DNA of 64,000 nucleotides from Geosiphon pyriformis uo1 (taxonomy: Eukaryota > Fungi > Glomeromycota), in contig JAAOMT010000790.1 in the NCBI GenBank assembly GCA_016748015.1, positions 75,479 to 139,478 on the forward strand. Direction: 5' to 3'. Both the position numbers and the translations under genes were made by a program. Position 1 is the stretch's first letter. Each line of letters opens with the position of its first letter. Under the pieces are notes generated by a model that was not told the DNA's origin, did no database searches, and was given only the letters and a program-made list of their open reading frames with translations. Shown one piece after another: positions 1 through 11,751 of this stretch.

Positions 1-596
1 GCTTACAAAAAAAGTCACAGGTTCCTGTAAGACCTCAATGTTGCTGAGAATAATCCATTTTCAAACCCCGATTATAGTTCTTTACATATGTCTTCAACTT
101 AGGATTTCGGATTTTATTTGCCATTTGAAACTTGAAAGAGAAAACTGGTTATAGTGCCCGAGTACGTGTGCTAATCATTGAGTTACCAGCAATCACATAA
201 AATGTGTAGACAAAATCCGAAGCAGTACAATTGTAAACTGAGTCTAATTAATAGCAATTTGCAAAGGTTCAGAAAGGGTGTGAGTAGCAAAAAAGAATCA
301 CTTGGATACGCCAAACACAAATATTATAATTTCGCTCCGACTTTCCCCAAAGAGGACGGCAGAAAAAGACTAATGAAAAGTTCACTAGACACATTATGAT
401 GGTTTTCAGCTGGCAAAAGTAACATTACATCTGACTTTTACATTTTCTTTCTCGTCGAAATAAGAAATTAGTGGGCATTATATTATTATGACCATTAATA
501 ATGAAATTTTCCCCACGGATTCATTTTTAGTAAGCAAGCAAATTATGCTGTGCAGTACTTTGCACGCGCCTCTTGTGTTATCAATGAGACGTGCGT

Positions 597-1733
597 TTAA
601 AATGACAATCTGGGTTTCTTCGGAACACGACGACGTTCTGTGTTTAATCCGCGAATCTGTTCTTGCAGGATTGTGGTGATGTACGTTGCGATATTTTTTG
701 CTCACATCTTCATTATTTCAGCATTACCGAAGTTGCACGATTGCATTTTAGATATATATAGGACTGGATCGTTTTCTGTGCCTGCCCATTGCAAGAATAG
801 CCAGTTTCGGGCATTTGACACAATCCCATACACCATAACTGGAACTTCCTCAGAATCTTCCAAATGTGTGTCTTCTCGCTTGCGCTTGCTTAAGCTCTCC
901 ACGGCACTGTGCATTTGTACTATGTTTTGGGCTGCCCCTTCGTCGAAATCCATTTTTTTTGCCTCCGTTACGCATATCACAATGTCATTTAAAATGACCG
1001 TGTAATCCATGGGACCAAAGCCACGACTCCCATTAAGCTCATCTTCAGCTCTAAGCGCAAGAAGAGGTTCGCTTAGTTGTGAATGCTTTACAGCCGCGGT
1101 TAAGAATGGAGAGATATACTCTCTGCACGTCATTTCGTTCCTCGTCACTTCGCCGAATACATCTGCATTTTTTTGAAGTTCGTCTATGAGCAATTTCAAA
1201 GCATCGTCGCTGACTTCTACTTTATCGAATTCGTCCAAGTTAAGTCGAGGAGCGCTGCTGAGTGATGACCAACTGCTTTTGTGCAAGATGTTCTGGAGGA
1301 CATCACGCAGGTCCCATTCCTCATATGCCTTTTTACCCTTAACCCGTACGGATAAGCTGATCTGGCGCTTACCATTATCAGTTGGAGCATCCTGAATGAC
1401 TCTGTTGAGCTCGAACTCGTTGGCTATTTGTTGCTCAGCTGGCTCCTTGACCACAAAAAAGAATTCAGATCTGTTCAGCAGAGAAAATTGCTCAAGGGCG
1501 GCAGCACGCAAAATATGCTAAAGTCCACTGGAATGCGGCCATTGGTGCCTGAACCAGTTGTTCGACAGATTGCAGCGGATCACGATCGTGCAGTCAGAGA
1601 ATGGATAACGAACGACAAGGGGTGAGATATCTGTAGTATTGATGGATGTGATAAGAGTGCCCTTTGGAAGTGGTTGCGTGCGGTTGTCGCTCAATATTGA
1701 CTTTATTTTTTTTTTAAAAACAAAGTATATCAC
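597..1733 (-). pseudogene. Crinkler (CRN)-like protein with C-terminal PD-(D/E)xK/REase-like domain, two in-frame stops
   Basis: ORF 702-1511 has REYISPFL...ELNGSRGFGPMDY...ICVTEAKKMDFDEGAAQNIVQMHSA...YGIVSNARNWLFLQW, typical of fungal CRN C-terminal domains. The same frame continues past TAG 1518-1520 upstream and past TGA 702-704 downstream (AKNIATYITTILQEQ...PKKPRLSF* to 597). A further upstream exon (~1810-2020) is possible. Confidence 0.75.
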
Positions 1734-2030
1734 ATTTAAAGATTCACTAAAGTAATTGCATAGGAGGAAATACTTGGACCCAAAGCCATTAATGAGTATT
1801 CCTATACTTTGGTCGCTCTAATGAAATCCATATATTAAAATACTCAGCTTCACTCCTCCTTTCTTTATCTACCCAATTTTTAAGCGCTTTGATCGTTTTT
1901 CTTGAGAATTGACTTTTTTGTTGAAGGCCTTTTAGAATAAAGGCAACGACGCCTTTTTTTCGCGTAGTTTGTGGAATTTTATGATGATAAATTAATAAAA
2001 AATTTGATTTATTATATGAATCTAAATGGA

Positions 2031-3744
2031 ACGGCAGCGACACGTGCTAAAAAAATAAAAACAAAAGCAGATCAAATTGATAATCATAATCTTATTTTCA
2101 CGCTTAAAAACGACTGAAAACATTGTCTTCAATACTTTAGGGGCAGCAATTTCCCTTTTTTATTGTTGAATTTGAAGCAAATGGATTCACAATACATAAA
2201 GATGAAATGGGTTGAAAAAAAATCCTTTTGAAAGAGTAGCGAGCTCTCGAACAATTTATTGGATATTATGAGTATCGCCGACTGCAAAAAGATTTTACAT
2301 TTTCTTTTATAAACGAAGCTAAAAATCTTGGGAGTGATTTGCTGAACCTGAGTAATAAAGGTTCTAAAGAGGCGCGGAAGGTTGCAAAAACACTTTGAAA
2401 AACATAAAAGTAAGTTTTCGTTTCCTGTTTTTTGATTTCCTGGCATGAGGGGTATACAGTTAGAAGAGTCATGTGCATTAATTTTTATGTGTTGTTACTT
2501 CTTTTTAAGGNNNNNNNNNNNNNNNNNNNNNNNNNNNNNNNNNNNNNNNNNNNNNNNNGAGAAAATTTAATAACACGACTTCAACAACTGCATCAAAGAA
2601 AGAAAGGATCACAAACAAAAATGTTTCTTCCACACAATATTTCTAAAGACTTTCATGGGTTCCAAACACAAACAGTGAAACAATTGAGGAATAACTCATC
2701 CCTTTCGTATGCTACAGCAATGCAATACATCGTATATATCAAAGCATAACTAGGAGGTCTTTTGCAGCAATTCAGTATGTTGTTACTCATAGAAAAGGAG
2801 TACCAGAAAAAGATAGGAAAAACAGATCAAATAGGAGAATAGTACTCAACGAATGAGCACATTTTCACAAAATCATATATACGATGTATTGCATTGCTGC
2901 AGCATACGAAAGGGATGAGTTATTCCTCAACTGTTTCACTGTTTGTGTTTGGAACCCATGAAAGTCTTTAGAAATATTGTGTGGAAGAAACATTTTTGTT
3001 TGTGATCCTTTCTTTCTTTGATGCAGTTGTTGAAGTCGTGTTATTAAATTTTCTCTTAATTCTTATCGGTTGAAAGTCATCATCCGAAACTTGGTAATTT
3101 TCGTATGCAGCGACGACTTTGCTGAAATTTCCAATTGTAGTAATAATTTGTCGCGGTTTGAATTCACCTCTTTTTTCTTGGAAATAACCAAAGCGGAAGC
3201 CTTTGGGTTTTGAGTTTTAATCTTGTTTCAAAGAAGCTGGACATTTTGAACTCTATCATGATGACCTTAAAAAGAAGTAACAACACATAAAAATTAATGC
3301 ACATGACTCTTCTAACTGTATACCCCTCATGCCAGGAAATCAAAAAACAGGAAACGAAAACTTACTTTTATGTTTTTCAAAGTGTTTTTGCAACCTTCCG
3401 CGCCTCTTTAGAACCTTTATTACTCAGGTTCAGCAAATCACTCCCAAGATTTTTAGCTTCGTTTATAAAAGAAAATGTAAAATCTTTTTGCAGTCGGCGA
3501 TACTCATAATATCCAATAAATTGTTCGAGAGCTCGCTACTCTTTCAAAAGGATTTTTTTTCAACCCATTTCATCTTTATGTATTGTGAATCCATTTGCTT
3601 CAAATTCAACAATAAAAAAGGGAAATTGCTGCCCCTAAAGTATTGAAGACAATGTTTTCAGTCGTTTTTAAGCGTGAAAATAAGATTATGATTATCAATT
3701 TGATCTGCTTTTGTTTTTATTTTTTTAGCACGTGTCGCTGCCGT
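2031..3744. repeat. Long inverted repeat (palindrome): arms 2031-2739 and 2875-3744, 135-bp spacer, N-gap in left arm
   Basis: 2031-2510 is the reverse complement of 3265-3744, giving identical mirror ORFs in the track. 2559-2739 is the reverse complement of 2875-3055 with two transitions seen. Confidence 0.95.
2781..2863 (+). mobile_element. 5' fragment of a type-A-like LTR in the palindrome spacer
   Basis: TGTTACTCATAGAAAAGG...AAAAACAGAT...GAGAATAGTA...ATGAGCACATT resembles the LTR start at 30209. Confidence 0.65.
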
Positions 3745-4115
3745 CGTCAGCCATATTTTCTCCCTATGCTCATTAGACTAACTCCCTAATCAACATGTCG
3801 GCCTCATCTTTTTCCTGAACCAGAGTCTGCGCCTCCTTGGACCACTCCTTGGGAACCAAGCCCTTGCTCAGAACTTTCCCTAGTTGGCATTCCTTCATCG
3901 AGTGGATGTCACCCGGCATTGTAGAAAACGCATACCTTGTAGCTGGTATAATTTTCAGACTTTGACTCTTTTGTTCTTTACCTGTATGGTTTGGTACTGG
4001 AGGTGGAAAAGCTCGTCTCGCAGTTGTCCGCACAGGATTCCTAGCTGAGAAGGTTGTGTGTGCAGGTGGAGGGGATGAAAGTGATCCTACGTGTTCAATT
4101 TGCTTTTGAGCCCCC

Positions 4116-4662
4116 CATTCGAAAGTGAAGTTATGGGATGTGGGTTACGAAGTTATCCGACAAAATGTGGAAAAATTCTTGCGCGAATTCAAAACCTTAC
4201 TATTATGCTCCTCTCAAATCACCGACTTCCAAGACATTCCGTTATTACGCGATAATTTAGAAAACATGAAAGTCGCAGAAGCTAGCGGAGATATATTTGA
4301 CCAGTTATCTTTTAATTTTATGTTATTTCACTAAGAACTATACTTAGGCGATAGTGAAGCGATTCAGATTCTTAATGAGGTAACTTTGACTATTCACGTG
4401 TATCAATTCAATGAGGAAGAAGCTGTGGACGAGTTTCAAGAGGAAGATAACGTTTTGACCCCCAACCACTGGGAACTACCATCGCGTGCTTTGGAAGGCT
4501 TATGGGACACGTAGGCATTCTTTCCCCTGTATAATTTTTGAGCTCTATTTATCCTACCTCTCATCTCGAGAAACTTTGACTACTAAGTCTTATATTCGAC
4601 AAAAATATAAAAACACGATTACTTGATTATATTTCTGCGGCCTTTTTTTCCGGATCGCAAAG
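4116..4662 (+). pseudogene. PCH2: Pachytene checkpoint protein 2 / TRIP13 N-terminal fragment, intron-containing, lacking the AAA+ domain
   Basis: Exons ~4116-4287 (EVIRQNVEKFL...IPLLRDNLENMKVAE), ~4348-4510 (LTIHVYQFNEE...NHWELPSRALEGLWDT) and ~4588-4662 (LIFDKNIKTRLLDYISAA, then frameshifted DRK). These match TRIP13 LHIFQLNE...NHWVLPAAEFHGLWDSLVYD..VK..LLDY. GT..AG intron at ~4511-4587. No GPPGTGKT downstream. Confidence 0.85.
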
Positions 4663-4774
4663 GTATGCTCAAAGAAAAAATATCCTTTGAAGTTTTTTGT
4701 TTATGATAATTCTTTGGAAGTATATTTAATAACTGCTTTCATCATTGGAACTTGAGGAAGCACTCTGGAGTTGT

Positions 4775-5085
4775 GAGTTCATCTGCATTTTGATCCTCGA
4801 AAGTATTGCAGTTATGCAGTACGTCGTATATTGCAAGCGGGTTATACAACTAGGAGGTCATCTGCGTTTTGATCCTCTGAAGTGCTGCAGTAATGCGGTA
4901 CGTTGTATATCGCCCACAAGCGAGTTATATGGCCAAGAGGGTTATACGACTAGGAGGTTCATCTGCGTTTTGATCCTTTGAAGTGCTGTAGCAATGCGGT
5001 ACGTCGTATATATCACACACACGGCCAAGCGAGTTAAACGACTAGGAGGTTCAAATGCGTTTTGATCCTTTGAAGTAGCAATTCG
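4775..5085. repeat. Imperfect tandem repeat, ~80-100-bp unit, about 3.5 copies
   Basis: Recurrent ACTAGGAGGT(T)CATCTGCGTTTTGATCCTYTGAAGTGCTGYAGYAATGCGGTACGTYGTATAT at ~4850, ~4950 and ~5040, with a partial copy at ~4778. Confidence 0.9.
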
Positions 5086-5104
5086 ATGAGTGATTGTTCC
5101 TGAG

Positions 5105-6303
5105 GGATGGCTATTTTAAAGTAACCACAGGTGGCAGGAACTCAAGTATATTGGCCATTGAATGTAGTTCCTGAGTATTCCAATCGAGGTCAATGGAATC
5201 ATAATCCCCACCAAAATTCTGGTAATTGAAGCTACCTAATATTAAGCATTGGTTGAAAACGATTGGTTAGCAAAAGCCAATGCCACCCTCAACTTTGGCG
5301 ATCTAATTGGTTTATGAGTGACCACTGGTGGATATGCTATTGAAAATCAGTTTGATGTTTTGTTGATTAACTTTGGCATTAGTATACATTGTGGTTATTG
5401 GTTAGTGTAATTGAAAGCAGCTTAGTGGAGTTCAAATTATCAAAAAATGGCACTAAGAGTCTTATATTTAGTAATTGTGGCTGGAGAAATTGTTTAAAAG
5501 GTGGTTATGAGATTGGAAACAGAAAAATTGGTGGATTCAACTGTAACTTTTTTTTTAAAAAAATACAGTATTAAAAAATTGAAATATGTTGTTTAATTCA
5601 AATACATGTGTAATGGTGGTTAGTTATTTTGTATTTGTTAATTTGGGGGTTTTTGGTAATTGTAAAAAAATAGATTTTTAGTAATTAATTTTTAAGTCAG
5701 TTGGTATTGAAATAAAATTTGAATTGTTAGTTAATAATATTGTTAATATTTTGATACTTAATTGTAGTAACTTTTACAGTTTTGATTAATTTTAATTGGC
5801 AATTTTTGACAATATAATTATATTTATAATAATAATTACAGATATAAGTTTTTTGTTGTTATTATATATTATTATGATTTTAATATTTATATTATTGTAA
5901 TAATTAAAGTTTTTGGCAAAAAATTTCTTAATTTTTTGAAATTATTTAATTTTATATTTATATTGATTATTTTATTTATAATTAAGTTAATAGCTTAAAT
6001 GTAATTTGTTTTTTGTTCTGTTAATTTTTAATTTTTAAAAAAAATAACAGTAATTTATAAATTGGCTAAATAATAAAATTAGACTTGTTACAAAATACTG
6101 TTTTTTAAATTAATTAGAATTTAAGTAATAGTATAATAAATTTTTTTAAATACTTAAATATAGCAATTGTAAAAATATTAAATAAAAGTAGTTTTAAATA
6201 TAACAAAATTAACAAATTTAATAATAAAACTTTAATATTATAAATTTGTAGTTTTAATTAAAAATAAAAATAAAACTTAAATAATTTAAGTAATTTTTAA
6301 TTT
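5105..6303 (-). mobile_element. Highly decayed Gypsy gag-protease relic with an internally inverted segment (5177-5293)
   Basis: Minus strand WNTQEL..NGQYT*VPATCGYFK (5113-5185) and LIFNS (~5345). Plus strand IPIEVNGIIIPTKILVIEAT*Y*ALVENDWLAKANATL. It fades into extremely AT-rich DNA, so the right boundary is uncertain. Confidence 0.6.
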
Positions 6304-6458
6304 AAGTAATATAAAAAAAACTTTTTTCTCTTGTCGATTCTCTGACCACAATGAGAGTGATATTTTACAGAAGCTTTAATTAGTTTTATTCCTTTCCTCT
6401 TTGTTTCTTTTTTTTTTTCTTTCTAATTCTTTCTTCCGTTTCTCTTTCTTTTATTGTG

Positions 6459-9088
6459 ATGAAACTGGTAGGCTCCTCTATTGGTGGTTCTGGTACTATC
6501 TTGGCTGGATTGAGGACCTGACCTAATAATAAAAAGAAAGTGCATATTGAGAACATGTACTCTCATGGCTCTTCATACAAGAAATCAAAGAATTCTGGTT
6601 TACTTGGTGGTGTGGTGGATTCATTAACTGGTCTTATTCCTAATGATGTTTTACAAGCTGGTGATTTAGAGCACAAGGTGTCTTGGAATAGCAAAGTAGA
6701 GAGTGAAAATGCTAGTATTAGTGAGGTGTCTGATTTGGAAAACATAACCAACATAGTGGCAGAAGAAACAAGTTATGTGAGTTCTGACAATTCCGAAGCT
6801 GATAATATGGTGGATAATATAACTCCAAAAAAAACACAGACAAGGACATTTGTTCTGAGACAACCACTGAGGAAACTTTCTTTCAATGATATGAGTGATG
6901 TCAATGATGTTTTGGAGCTCCAGTCTTCCAAGTTTTAAGATTTCAATCAGCTGTTGAGTACCAAGTCACATGTTCTGAAAAAAAGGAGCTTCGAGCCAGT
7001 AAAATTGTTTGCATTGGATGTTGAGTTGTCTGCCATGTCTGGAAAAACAAATGGTGATAAGTTGATTGCTATTAAAAAAATTTTCTATCGAATTGATGGT
7101 TTGGGAGGGGGCATCAACTCCCTCAAAATTTCCAGGGATTATTAGAGCTTTATTTACATTTGAGTTTAGTATGAATAAGGCAAAGGAATTGGCAATCTAT
7201 AAAAAAATTATTGTTAATGATAATCTAAGAAAGGTAAACAGCCATTCAAATTGGGAGGTGATTGTCAAGGAGATCTCAGTGGATCTTCCCAAATCAGTGA
7301 TTGAATCAGTGTTTTTTAAGTTTGGTTAGGTAATCTTAATTAAGATGCAGCTGATTGGGCTCTGGCAAAAAGCTTATATGAAATTTGAGTTATTAAATAT
7401 GGCTAGCTCAGTTGCTTCTAAATGGTCAGTTTTCGTGAATAAGAATTCTGTTCATGTTGCATTGACGTTAAATGACAAGGAATTATGGGTGGCCAGGGAT
7501 TATCATCAGACTTTATTATACACACTTCCAGTTGGTACCACTGCTCATGATTTGTCAGATTTAGTAAACTCTTATGATAGTGTTATGGGTTGGAGTAACA
7601 AGCTAATGGATAGCAAGGGAGAACAGAATTGTAGGGTAATGGAAATAATCAAAGGGGATTCAACTTCAATGAGTGAATTGAATAAGTATAGATTTAATGT
7701 ACAAGATCAGTCTCATAAAATATTTCAGTTGCTATTCTTTTCAAAGGTAACTGGGGAATCTGAAGGTAGAAGGATAGTCTGTACTGTCAACAATTGATTA
7801 TCACTGATATAATTCTATGCCTTACATCAGCACTCTTAGAATTCAATATCAGGTATCAACTTGTGCTTTTCAGTCACATTTATTCAAATAATCTTCAAAT
7901 GCTACAATTATATATGTCAGGAAAAGACCAACAAGTAATCTTTTATCCTAAGATGTTCGAATACTTTGAAGGTAGAAAAAGGGAAATTAGTGATAAGAGA
8001 GTGATTGAGATGAAAGTTGTTATTTTTATTTATTTGATTCTTGTCTGAGAGATGATTTTCTACAGCTAAGAGACTCATTGCTTATATAGCTAATAAAAAT
8101 GGTCAATGACTAGGTCAATGATCAGGTCAATGGTCAGGTCATTAATCAGGTCAATGATCACTATCTAAAAATAAAGTGGCTAATTATATGACATCAGTGA
8201 CTAATATATGTGATAACTAATAAAAATTATGAGTTTCAACCATAACAATAGGAAAACTTGCTTTATTGGCTGTAATCCTGGTTCATATGTTTGTAATAGA
8301 TGTGCAGTGGTTTGTTTTGATAATAAGGCATCTAAATTGGCTACTATTGATTCTGTTCTGGTTTATAAGAGTGTGAATTTGTGCTGAACTGGTCTTTCTT
8401 TGGCTTGCTGTGCCAAGTGTAAACAATTTGGTCATATTTCTGATGTATGTTCAATTGGTGAGAATTCTGGAGTTTGTCATAGAAGGGTGGTGTCTTCTCA
8501 AGATCAGGTCTATTTGGCTAATATTTAAAGAAGAAGCAGACTCCAGTTGTTTGTCTAGTGTCTTTTGATGAAAAATCTTGGGCTTAAGTTGTGGGCAGTT
8601 CTCCTTCTTATGTGTCTTTGTCAGTTCTCTCTGGTGCTGGTTTGCTTTTAAGTATGAAACTCTTGGTAATAAATTCTAATCCTCTTAATGATTTTGGTTT
8701 AGCCAAATGTCTGGCTTCTTTGAAACACTCTCTGGAGCTTTTGTCAGATCAGGTTTCAGATATTTTGAAAAAATTGAGACTTGTGAATTTGGTGCCAATA
8801 TTATCGCTGCCTTGTGCTCCCCTTTCTCTTGTTGCTCCTCTCTTGAATTCAGCTTTGGATTTGAATATGGCTGTTAATGGTGTAGTGATGCCCTCTTCTT
8901 CTTCTTTTCCATTGGTCGATAAGACTGCCCCTGAACTAAGTCTGAGCAGCTCAAAGGTATTTACCACCAAAGTAGGTGGTTTGAAATCAAAGATGTTGGC
9001 TTTGGAGATTTCAGTCAGTTCAGTTTTAGAGAGATTGAACTCTTTGTGTTTTGGTTTGAGTTTATTAGCTTCTCCTTCATCTCAATAA
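6459..9088 (+). pseudogene. LINE-1 ORF1 (gag-like, CCHC knuckle), interrupted by solo LTR 7581-8247
   Basis: ATG at 6459. Removing the insert restores LVNSYDRKTCFIG. CAKCKQFGHISDVC at ~8410. Several stops and frameshifts. Confidence 0.8.
7581..8247. mobile_element. Solo LTR of an unrelated family (667 bp)
   Basis: TGTTATGGGTTG...CAACCATAACA termini, 4-bp TSD ATAG (7577-7580, 8248-8251), and internal tandem GGTCAATGAYCA repeats at ~8100-8160. Confidence 0.9.
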
Positions 9089-10843
9089 TCAATCTAGTTT
9101 GGAAAATTGCTACTTACAATGTTTGGGGTATAAATAATCCTGCAAAACAGGAGGATATTGTTCGTTGGCATAAGAATATGGGCAGTTTGATCTTAATTAT
9201 TACTGAAACTAAGCTACAAAACAGGGTTTGTTCATGGATTGCTGATAGATTTGATGGTGTTTGGATTTTTACTTCTGGTGTGGACTTTGGTAACTTGGGT
9301 TCTAGTGTTGCCATTATTATGGACATTTTTCTGGCTTGTCATGTGTGTAAAATTTCTGAGGTTCTTAATCAGCTTCTCTCTGTCAGGCTATTTTTCAAAA
9401 ACAAACTTTTTGTTTCAATTTTGGGGCTCTATGCTGGTGCTTCTTTGTCAGTTTGGTTCTCTCAAGTTGGTGAAATCAACTTTATAATTGCCAAAGCTGT
9501 AAACAAATCTTCTTTTGTTGTTCTGGATAATAACTTCAATGAAGATGGTTTTCATAAGTGTGCCAGTTTTAGAAAATGCCTTGATTTTGGTTTGGTCAAC
9601 TCCTTTGGTGGAAGTTTCTTTGTTAAAACTTCTACTTGGACCAACTCTTGTGGTATGGCTAAAATGATCAACTTTTTGTTCATATTCTTAAACTTGGTTA
9701 ATGCTGTGATAGATCACAATGTGTGTGGTGTTGGGGAATTCTTTGATACTGATCATTGAGCTGTTTCTATGTCTGTGGGTTTGGGTGAACTTTTGGATAT
9801 GCAGTTAAACTCTATTTGTAAGCAAGCAAATAGGAATTGGTGGAAGTTTGATTTCAAAGGTGCTGATATCAATAAGTAGAATAAATTTAAAGATGCTATG
9901 TCAGCCAATGCTGGGATGCTCTCTGATGAGTTTGATATCACTGTTAAGCATTCAGACCTGAATGCCATGTGGAATGTTTTATGCAAGATAATAATGCTTT
10001 TGGCGAATGAAATATTTAGAAAAAAGTGGTTCAAAAATTTTGACAGTGTGTTCACCAAAGTTTCTTTGAAGTTTCACAGGTTGGAACTTTTGGTTTCGAA
10101 AATTATCAAGACCTTTTGTGAAGAAAATAGTGTCAGTTTTATCTTTCTTATGAAATGCTAAGAATCTTTGAACAGTATCAAAGCCTTAGTTATTTAAGAT
10201 CTCATAGACTCTGGTGCAGACTCTGATCATGTTCATTCTGCTTTTTCTAGCATTAAGAAGTTATATCATGCATCCAAGCTTGCTGAATTCTTGGCAGCCA
10301 GAGAAGTGAACATTAGATTTGCTATAGATAGGAGAATGAAAAGCTTCGAGATGAATAAGAGTTATACTATTAAGAGTGTTTTGGAGTGCTCTTTCTGCAA
10401 AGTGGTTCTGAACCACCTGGTTGTTGATGACGAGCTTATTTTGGAGCCTGGTTTGGTTAAATCTAAGGTGGACAGTATTATGGAAGGATGGACCAGAAAG
10501 CGTGGTGTGGTTGCTAATGTTTCTAATGTTTGGTCTTGCCAATATTGGCTGTTAGATTATGTTTTTAATGAAGTTTTTTCTGGTATAATGTGTTCAGTTG
10601 AGCTTAGTAAGCTGCTTAATGTAATTTCTAATCTGCCTGATAACAAAGCTGCTGGTCTTTCAGGTATTGCAAACAAGCTTTGAAAACATTGTGACAAATC
10701 AATTCTGGATATGCTTTTAGTGCTTTTAAACTTTTGTTTATTTTGTGAATTAGTGCCCAAACCTTGAACAGAAGCTTGGGTCTTAATAATTTCTAAACTA
10801 TATGAGTGGAAGAGTGTTCTCACAAATACCTGCCCTATAGTAT
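9088..10843 (+). pseudogene. LINE-1 ORF2 5' part: APE endonuclease and start of RT
   Basis: WKIATYNVWGIN, ITETKL, DNNFN (GDFN), INFLF (IDY), FDTDH, then KAAGLSGI and NTCPIV at the junction. Confidence 0.9.
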
Positions 10844-11689
10844 TATTACTCATAAAAAGAAAAACAGATATAGGGAGAATAGTAGACCAATAAGTGAATA
10901 GTATGTAGCATATGAGCACATTGCTTAGCAATATAGAGCAATAATAGAAATCACAGCACATTGCTCAACAATGTGGAGCAATGTTAGAAAATTAGAACAC
11001 ATCACTCAGCAATGTGAGCATTGCTCAAGAAATCATAGCACATTACTCGGGAATGTGAGTGATCTCATAGAACATCAATTATGTATATATAGCAATAGTT
11101 TTAGAAGTAGAAAGATAAGAATTCTTTAGTTAAAAATCTTCTATCCACAAATATTAAATAAATAAATCATTCACTATCCAAATCCACTCTTTACTATCAA
11201 CACTTTATGTTGATAGTAATTGATACTTAACCACACTGGAACAATAGCTCTTGATCATGGCTATTGACGAGATACTAATGTGCACATTGCCTTGGCTCAT
11301 TTCTTTATTTTCTTTTATTTTTTTCTTTCTTTGATTTTTATTGTTGTATACTAACTGATTAAGGATTAAAGCACTGAATAATTGATGTCATGGATAGCCT
11401 GGTAAAAAACCCAAAAATAAGGGTAAAATTATATATATATTAACAGATAGCTTATCAGAAGAGCACAACTGCCAGAATAAACTGGCCACCAAGCTGAAGA
11501 CAAAAATTGGGAACACAACTTACCAACCAACTATATTGTCATTGAATTTCTATTCATTATACAAAAGACTCAACTCTAAAAACCTTCAAATACAACCAAC
11601 ATACCAGTATTACTAGCATTGTTAAGATATTGAGCACCAAGTTACGGATTTGTTATTTAATTTGAGACTCCAAATAATCATCTGTAACA
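10844..11689 (+). repeat. 5' LTR of element A
   Basis: TATTACTCAT (TG>TA)...TCTGTAACA, homologous to 30209-31043. U3 has GAGCACATTGCTCAGCAATGTG-type repeats and TATATATA at ~11085. Confidence 0.95.
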
Positions 11690-11709
11690 TTTGGTGTTTC
11701 CTGTAAGGT
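11690..11709 (+). promoter_or_regulatory. Primer-binding site (consensus TTTGGTGCTTCCTGTGAGG); equivalents at 22059-22078(-), 46773-46792(-), 55326-55345(+)
   Basis: TGG-starting motif just after each 5' LTR. It resembles the complement of elongator-Met or Ile(UAU)-type tRNA 3' ends, but the tRNA identity is unconfirmed. Confidence 0.85.
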
Positions 11710-11751
11710 ATAATCCTACAGAAAACAACACCAATCATAATCATCTAAACA

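Noticed and set aside
178-399. 73-aa ORF
   Set aside because: It has a non-ATG start and no motif or supporting gene structure.
2129-3646. Duplicated 105-aa and 70-aa ORFs
   Set aside because: They are mirror products of the inverted repeat, with no recognisable domain.
3773-4110. GC-rich minus-strand ORF as a gene
   Set aside because: It looks coding-like and Pro-rich but has no recognisable motif, so I cannot support a call.
4775-5085. CRISPR-like repeat/spacer appearance
   Set aside because: The units are long and degenerate, the linkers are related to each other, there are no cas genes, and the context is eukaryotic.
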